A stretch of DNA of 64,000 nt from NCBI GenBank assembly GCA_963836075.1, contig CAWIIB010000009.1, positions 1,856,001-1,920,000 on the forward strand, read 5' to 3'. Each line of letters begins with the position of its first letter. Positions within the stretch are counted from its first letter, which is position 1. Below the pieces are notes generated by a model, which saw only the letters and a list, made by a program, of their open reading frames with translations, had not been told where the DNA came from and searched no databases. The DNA comes from an uncultured Acidobacteriota bacterium. GTDB lineage: Bacteria > Acidobacteriota > JAQAZP01. A program made the position numbers and the translations under genes. Shown here piece by piece: positions 58,803-64,000 of the stretch.

Positions 58803-60119
58803 TCATGGACCAGGATCGGGGCGTTTCGCTTGAGGGGCCAAGAGCGCCGCACGAAGATTCAGGCGTCCGCCGGAGACGACCTTGTCCTCGAATGCCGGAC
58901 GCTTGTCCGACAACCTCATGATCCTCGTCTTGATATTCAGGAGGCTCCTGTTCGGGAAGCGGGCCTTGACCAGAGCCACCGCGCCCGCGACGAACGGGCA
59001 GGCAGCGGATGTGCCGGTTGCAAAGCCGTAAGTGCCGCCGATCTGGGTGCTGTAGATGTTGGTCGCGGGTGCCGCAATGTCCACCGAGAGAAGCCCCCAG
59101 TTCCCGTAGAGCCCGTCGGTTTGACTGCTGCCCGCCACGGCGAACACCTCGGGGTAGGGGATGCTGGCCGGATAGAGGGGAACGAGATCGTTGTCGGAAT
59201 TGAAGTTCCCCGAGGCGGCCACGAAGAGCATGCCCTTTTTAACCCAGGCGGTGCGGATCGCATCCGCCAGGGGCGCCACGTCGTTCCATGAGTAACTGAT
59301 CACCCAGCTGTTGCTCGACAGATGGGCGCCGTTCTTCATGGCGTACTCGACGGCCCGGACCGCCCCGGCCACGTTTGCGTCACCGCTGGCGCTGATGAAT
59401 TTCACGGGCATGAGCCGGACCTTCCAGCACACGCCGGCCACGCCCAGGCCGTTGTCGGTCACGGCGGCCAGGATGCCCCCGCAGTAGGTGCCGTGGCCTA
59501 AATCGTCCGATGGGTCGCCATCCTCGTTGTAGAAGTCGTAGCCATGCACGTCGTCGACGTACCCGTTGCCGTCGTCGTCGATGCCGTTGCCGGGGATCTC
59601 ACCCGCGTTGGTCCAGATGTTGGCTGCCAGGTCGGGGTGGTCCAACTGGGCTCCCGAGTCGATCACGGCCACCACAATGTCGCTGGCGTCGGGCTGCAGA
59701 TCCCAGGCCTCCGGAGCGTCGATGTCCACGCCGGTCACCTGGTCGAGAGCCCACTGGTAGCCGAATCCGGGATCATCGGGATAGCCCTGGACGTGGACCA
59801 GGGCATTGGCGGTGGCGTAGGTGACGGTCGGCAGGGCTTCGAGAAGCTTGGCCGCGGCGCGCACGTCCGAGCCCGGCAACAGCTTGAGCAGCCAGATGTC
59901 CTGTTCGAACAGCCGCTCGTGACCCGTGGCGCCGACCATCCTCTCGAGAAAATCCAGGTCCGCGTCGCGGGCCTCCTCTACGCGCACGATGACCTGGTCC
60001 GCGACGTAGCTGGCAGTGGACACCGACACCTGGCCCCGTGCCGGACGGCCACCCTGGACGAGAGCGATCGAGGCGAAAAGCAGGACTCCGATGCAAAGGA
60101 AACGGCGATATTGCGACAT
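58803..60119 (-). CDS. secreted S8 subtilisin-like serine protease
   Basis: Signal peptide; VAVIDSG, HGTYCGG, GTSAACP; Ca-loop NGIDDDGNGYVDD. Confidence 0.95.
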   Translation of the reverse strand: MSQYRRFLCIGVLLFASIALVQGGRPARGQVSVSTASYVADQVIVRVEEARDADLDFLERMVGATGHERLFEQDIWLLKLLPGSDVRAAAKLLEALPTVTYATANALVHVQGYPDDPGFGYQWALDQVTGVDIDAPEAWDLQPDASDIVVAVIDSGAQLDHPDLAANIWTNAGEIPGNGIDDDGNGYVDDVHGYDFYNEDGDPSDDLGHGTYCGGILAAVTDNGLGVAGVCWKVRLMPVKFISASGDANVAGAVRAVEYAMKNGAHLSSNSWVISYSWNDVAPLADAIRTAWVKKGMLFVAASGNFNSDNDLVPLYPASIPYPEVFAVAGSSQTDGLYGNWGLLSVDIAAPATNIYSTQIGGTYGFATGTSAACPFVAGAVALVKARFPNRSLLNIKTRIMRLSDKRPAFEDKVVSGGRLNLRAALLAPQAKRPDPGP

Positions 60120-60165
60120 GACCGAAATCTCCGGCGAGGGGAGCAAGTCCAACGATTTCATGTAT

Positions 60166-60236
60166 ATGTATAGGGGTTTCCTTTCCCGGTGTCAAGAATT
60201 ATGTATAGGGGACACCTTATCCCGGCGTCAAGAAAT
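60166..60236 (-). repeat. tandem ~35-bp repeat, oriIS-like ends carrying TTGAC-N17/18-TATACA promoters
   Basis: TTCTTGACACCGGGAAAGGAAACCCCTATACAT and TTCTTGACGCCGGGATAAGGTGTCCCCTATACAT. Confidence 0.7.
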
Positions 60237-60256
60237 CCCCCCCCGCGCAAATCCGC

Positions 60257-60523
60257 CGCCCGGGCCTCGGACATGATCGCTGAGGCGGTGGTGGCGATGG
60301 AGTTCCAGGCCTCGTCCGAGGATATCGTCCGCACCTGCCACGCTCACCCCACCCTCTCCGAGATCTTCCGCGAAGCGGCCATGGCTGTGGACCGCAGGTC
60401 GATCCACGGGTAGGGGGGCCCGCACTCGCTGCTTGCCCGCGCCTGCCTGACGGTGACCGCAAAAGGGCTCCGTCACGAAAGGCGCGAGCGTGTGGTCTGT
60501 TTCGTGCGTTTCCGATCCGTCAC
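60257..60523 (+). repeat. direct repeat B: orphan lpdA 3' fragment
   Basis: Encodes [17 protein letters not shown]...RRSIHG*, with only synonymous differences from lpdA. Confidence 0.95.
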
Positions 60524-60680
60524 TGGAGAGCGTCCACCCGGTGCTGGTCCATTACGACGCGCTGACCTTTTTATCGCTGCTGGCGCTGCAGGTGCCGCCG
60601 TCCGGGGTGCGCATGGTTCGCTACTACGGCCATTACTCGGTGCGGAGCCGGGTGGAGAAAAGGCGGCGGGCCGGGAATCA
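60524..60680 (+). mobile_element. IS91/Y2 rolling-circle transposase C-terminal remnant
   Basis: DALTFLSLLALQVPPSGVRMVRYYGHYS. Confidence 0.65.
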
Positions 60681-61124
60681 GCCTTCCCGGCGGCGTTTCA
60701 AAGATTTCAGGTACTTGAGATCCTCCCTGTCCCGGGGCCTGTCCGCTGCTGTTTTCATGGCGATCAGGTCGTCCAGTCCGGCGAAGAAAACGGGCGTGCT
60801 GCCGATCTTGTCTTCGACTTTGTTCGCCCAAACCTGTTCAAATGTGATCCCCTTCACGAACGGATGCACATCGGTTTCCTGCACATATTGCCGAATGAGC
60901 ACTTTCTTCGTCAACAGGTCATCGATGGTCAGGTCGGCGACATCATAGCCGAAGTGCCGGAGCGCCTCTAGCGTGCGCCGGGCGTTCTGCCGGTCCGGAC
61001 GGATGAAGATGTCGATGTCCAGCGTCGCCCGTGAATATCCGTGAACGGGGAAGGCCGCGGCGCCGATCACGACATACTCAACGCCCTGGTCGTTTAACGA
61101 TTTCAGCAGGCTTGCGGTGTCCAT
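60678..61124 (-). CDS. nucleotidyltransferase (DUF6036-like)
   Basis: YVVIGAAA..HG..RATLDIDI, LIAMK..ADRPRD..DL. Confidence 0.8.
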   Translation of the reverse strand: MDTASLLKSLNDQGVEYVVIGAAAFPVHGYSRATLDIDIFIRPDRQNARRTLEALRHFGYDVADLTIDDLLTKKVLIRQYVQETDVHPFVKGITFEQVWANKVEDKIGSTPVFFAGLDDLIAMKTAADRPRDREDLKYLKSLKRRREG

Positions 61125-61269
61125 TCCGAATCAGCGATTCCTTGATTTCATTGGACCGGGATATCATCATTTCGAAACGCTCTGCGAAAGAAAGCGAAAG
61201 GAGATATTCGATTTCGAATTCCAGCTCACGCTGTTCATCGTGAGTGTCCAGTTTCAGGATCGGGCTCAT
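61078..61269 (-). CDS. small partner protein upstream of nucleotidyltransferase
   Basis: GGAGG RBS; MSPILKLD..DE.RELEFEIEYLLSLSFAERFEMM; overlaps the next start. Confidence 0.65.
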   Translation of the reverse strand: MSPILKLDTHDEQRELEFEIEYLLSLSFAERFEMMISRSNEIKESLIRNGHRKPAEIVKRPGR

Positions 61270-61505
61270 TGCCTGACCTCCAGCCATTGACTCGCAAACG
61301 ATCAGTAAAACCGAGTGTAATAGACAGTATGCACCGATCGGCATGCTCTGGCAAGTTCGAGGAACGGTGGAAGGCCGGGCGACCCGCGGCCGGGACAGGG
61401 GCCGCCGGCGGGGGTTTTTCGAACCACCCGCCGGCAAATCCGTTATCTTGGATTCCGGGCACCTGTTCTCTGGAAATTGCCGAACCATGGGACGTCACCG
61501 TCAGG

Positions 61506-62003
61506 ATGAGGATATCCATTCTGCCACTTCGCACGATCCTGTTCGCAATCCTTCTCGCTGTGTTTCTTCAATCATGCGCCGAACCGCCCGAACAGGATTT
61601 CAATGGAATACCGGTGTTCGGCAGTTACGTCGAAGCGGGCTTCGATGCCGCAGGGATCGAGGCCGCAAGGCGCTGCAAGAAGTCGGCCGGCCCGGTCGTC
61701 ACCGCAGCTCTCGTCGTCTTCCAGGCAAAGGTCCTTCTCGCCTGGGGTGACGTCAGCTTTCCCTACAAATGTCACTCGGTTCGCAAGCGACTGCTGAGTA
61801 CCCTCTACGGCATTCATGCGTCTCAAGGGAGCATCGACCTGGAAAGCATGCTTGCCGAGCTGGAGATTGATGATATTCATCCCCTGACCGACGCGGAGAA
61901 GCAAGCAAAGGTCATTCACCTGCTCAAATCACGGTCGGGCGTCTATCATCCGGCTGCTGCAGAAACCAGCGCCATGGCGGCCCGGCGTTGTAGCGTCCAT
62001 TAA
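61506..62003 (+). pseudogene. truncated serine hydrolase/beta-lactamase-family lipoprotein
   Basis: Lipobox LQSC, HSVRK (SxxK), HLLKSRSG; stops far short of a full domain. Confidence 0.7.
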
Positions 62004-62326
62004 TTGATGTCCGCCTTCCCCGCCCCTAATCGGTTGACAGTCTCCCCACTCCAGAACGATGAGCGACAGGCTATTGGAGGCCATCATGTCATTATTCTGG
62101 AAGAGGAAGAAGCAGTATGATAGACGGGAGACCCATGGGGCTCCCGGCGGAGCGGCCCGTCAGTGCCGGCGGCGGGCTGCTGGTGGCGGGGTGTGTCAAG
62201 ATGACCATTTCATCGGGGGCGAATCGTCGGGGTGGCTTCATGAGACAGCAGATCGACCTCGAGAGGCGGGGGAGCGGATAACCGGAAGGGGGAAACGACC
62301 CGGATCGGGGACCTGTGAGAGAGAGG

Positions 62327-62361
62327 AATTCTTGACACCGGGAAATGAAATCCCTGTCCAT
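62327..62361 (+). repeat. third, inverted copy of oriIS-like repeat
   Basis: AATTCTTGACACCGGGAAATGAAATCCCTGTCCAT; 4 mismatches to the reverse complement of 60166-60200. Confidence 0.7.
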
Positions 62362-62591
62362 TTATTGCACAACTTTTCAAAAACAGACTCCTGGCCGTCA
62401 TGCTGAAGCGGGGGATCATGATCCGGAAACGCGTGGATTTGTATCTCGGATGGCGTCATAACGCTGGCTTCCATGGCCAGGACGGCGGCCGCATTTTCGA
62501 CCACCCTGGCGAATCCATAGATAATCCGACCAGGTATATGAGCCGGTTTTTTCGTAATGTGCTCGACTGGGTGGAGTGAGAAAGGAGCGCA

Positions 62592-63563
62592 ATGGTGATC
62601 AAATGCTCTCGACTGTGTGTTCTGTGTTTCGTGGCGGCCGTTACGGCCTTACCTCTCTTTATCGCCTGTGCACCTGGAAGCGGCGAGCAAGACCATTCGA
62701 CTCAGGCGGAGCCAGCGGCCGCGAGGCTGGAGGCGCCTACACTCGACGAGTTGGCCAACGCCACCTACGAGGGGATCTTTGACGATCCCGTATCACTCTC
62801 GGATGGCGAGTACGAAGGTGAGCCCTTCGAGCCCGGCGCTGCCTCTCGGCCCGCTGCCGGACTCGTCGAGGACTTTCGGCTGACCGGCGATCTGAACGGT
62901 GACCAGAGTGAAGAAGCGGTCGTGCTTTTATGGGAAAACTCCGGAGGCACCGGCATCCACGACTACTTGGCGATCGTGGGCCACCGCAGTGGTGAGATTA
63001 CCAATGTCGGCACTGCACTCATCGGCGATCGGGTCCAGGTACAGGCCGCACGTGTGGTGGACGGGCAGATCGTGCTCCAGGTGATACAGGCAGGGCCCGA
63101 AGACGCCGCCTGCTGCCCCTCTCAAAAAATGACCAGAACCTGGGCGTTGTCCGGTGACGGCTTGAGCGAGATCTCCTCCGAGGTCACCGGCACCCTCTCC
63201 TTATCGGATCTTGCCGGTGTGGAATGGGTCCTGACCCATATCAGCTGGGACGAGCCGGCACCCCCGGAGCCGGAAGTCACCTTGTCCTTTGAGGCCGATC
63301 GAATCTCCGGCCGCGGCGGCTGCAACAACTACTTCGCGAGTGTCGAGGCCGGGGGCATGCCGGGTTGGATGACCGTGGGAACCGTCGACAGCACCCAGAT
63401 GGTCTGCCCGGAGACGATCATGGCTCTGGAAAGACGCTATCTGAAGGCTTTTGCGGGTGAGGTGCAATATCGCTTTCTGGCCGGGCGTCTCGTTCTCACC
63501 TCCACACAAGAAGGGGTGACGACATCCATGCGATTTGCAGCGCGAGAAGCCAAGGCGCAGTGA
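62592..63563 (+). CDS. META-domain lipoprotein
   Basis: Lipoprotein-like N-term; GDLNGD, CCP, GRGGCNNYF, TQMVC. Confidence 0.85.
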   Translation: MVIKCSRLCVLCFVAAVTALPLFIACAPGSGEQDHSTQAEPAAARLEAPTLDELANATYEGIFDDPVSLSDGEYEGEPFEPGAASRPAAGLVEDFRLTGDLNGDQSEEAVVLLWENSGGTGIHDYLAIVGHRSGEITNVGTALIGDRVQVQAARVVDGQIVLQVIQAGPEDAACCPSQKMTRTWALSGDGLSEISSEVTGTLSLSDLAGVEWVLTHISWDEPAPPEPEVTLSFEADRISGRGGCNNYFASVEAGGMPGWMTVGTVDSTQMVCPETIMALERRYLKAFAGEVQYRFLAGRLVLTSTQEGVTTSMRFAAREAKAQ

Positions 63564-64000
63564 CGGCGGCACAGCGCTCCGGCGCGATAATGTCCTTGTG
63601 TTGGACTTCAACAGGGTGGTGGCACTACGAGTGAGGCGAGGGAGTTCGCTTCCACAACCTAGATTGTCGAGCAGCACCTCTCGCGCGGGATGTTGCGCTC
63701 ATGCGTGAGAGAATTGACGCCTACCGTCTTGTATCGCTTAGCGGGCTGGGCGCTCGTCCTCCCCAGTAGAGAGTAGGATTTCCTTACCTCAAGTCAATAT
63801 TTCCCGCGCCCTTCCCGTCCCGAATAGTCACCCGCTTCCCCGTTTAACCGGCTTTAACCGCCGGGGGAGAACCCACCCGCCGCATCCGGACCGTGATCTG
63901 CGGATCGGCCGTCACCCGGGCTCACCTAGACCCGGCGTCAGAGCGGGCCGGTCCCTGAAATCCGGCCGCTCTCGTATCACCGTTCTCACTCCGGCTGAAT

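Noticed and set aside
60166-60236. Tandem 35-bp repeat as a mini CRISPR array
   Set aside because: Only two adjacent imperfect units, no spacers, no cas genes
63564-64000. Terminal non-coding region with TTTAACCG repeat
   Set aside because: Only two short copies; no tRNA/ncRNA features recognised; context is cut by the window edge

Overview
High-GC bacterial window (taxon not assignable from sequence) with four blocks. (1) 1-14.7 kb is a light/photo-oxidative stress cluster. It holds a B12-dependent CarH-type MerR photoreceptor, photolyase, a CbiX-Nudix fusion, SRPBCC, fasciclin and DUF523/DUF1722 genes, plus a tandemly duplicated DUF4397 + 57-aa peptide unit. TnnACA operator-like repeats sit in the promoters. 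(2) 14.8-53 kb is a sigma54-controlled anaerobic/redox region with 11 recognisable -24/-12 promoters, 4 enhancer-binding proteins and two distinct recurring palindromic UAS motifs. It encodes an Hmc/DsrMK-like membrane complex with an NrfD-hexaheme cytochrome fusion, a DsrC-like protein lacking the terminal Cys, a Na+-pumping acyl-CoA decarboxylase, three RsbRD_N-like paralogs, several enzymes with degenerate active sites and many gene remnants. (3) 53-58.6 kb is sucA-sucB-lpdA. (4) 58.4-62.4 kb holds a subtilase flanked by a duplicated lpdA 3' end, with IS91/ISCR-like remnants. The most striking unexplained signal is an unannotated ~45-aa micro-domain (A[RK]P[ML]...GxxW[IL]C...C) present five times: three times standalone and twice fused to a winged-helix-like domain. 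Several single-base frameshifts probably reflect long-read consensus errors. All calls come from motif recognition by eye; no searches were run.
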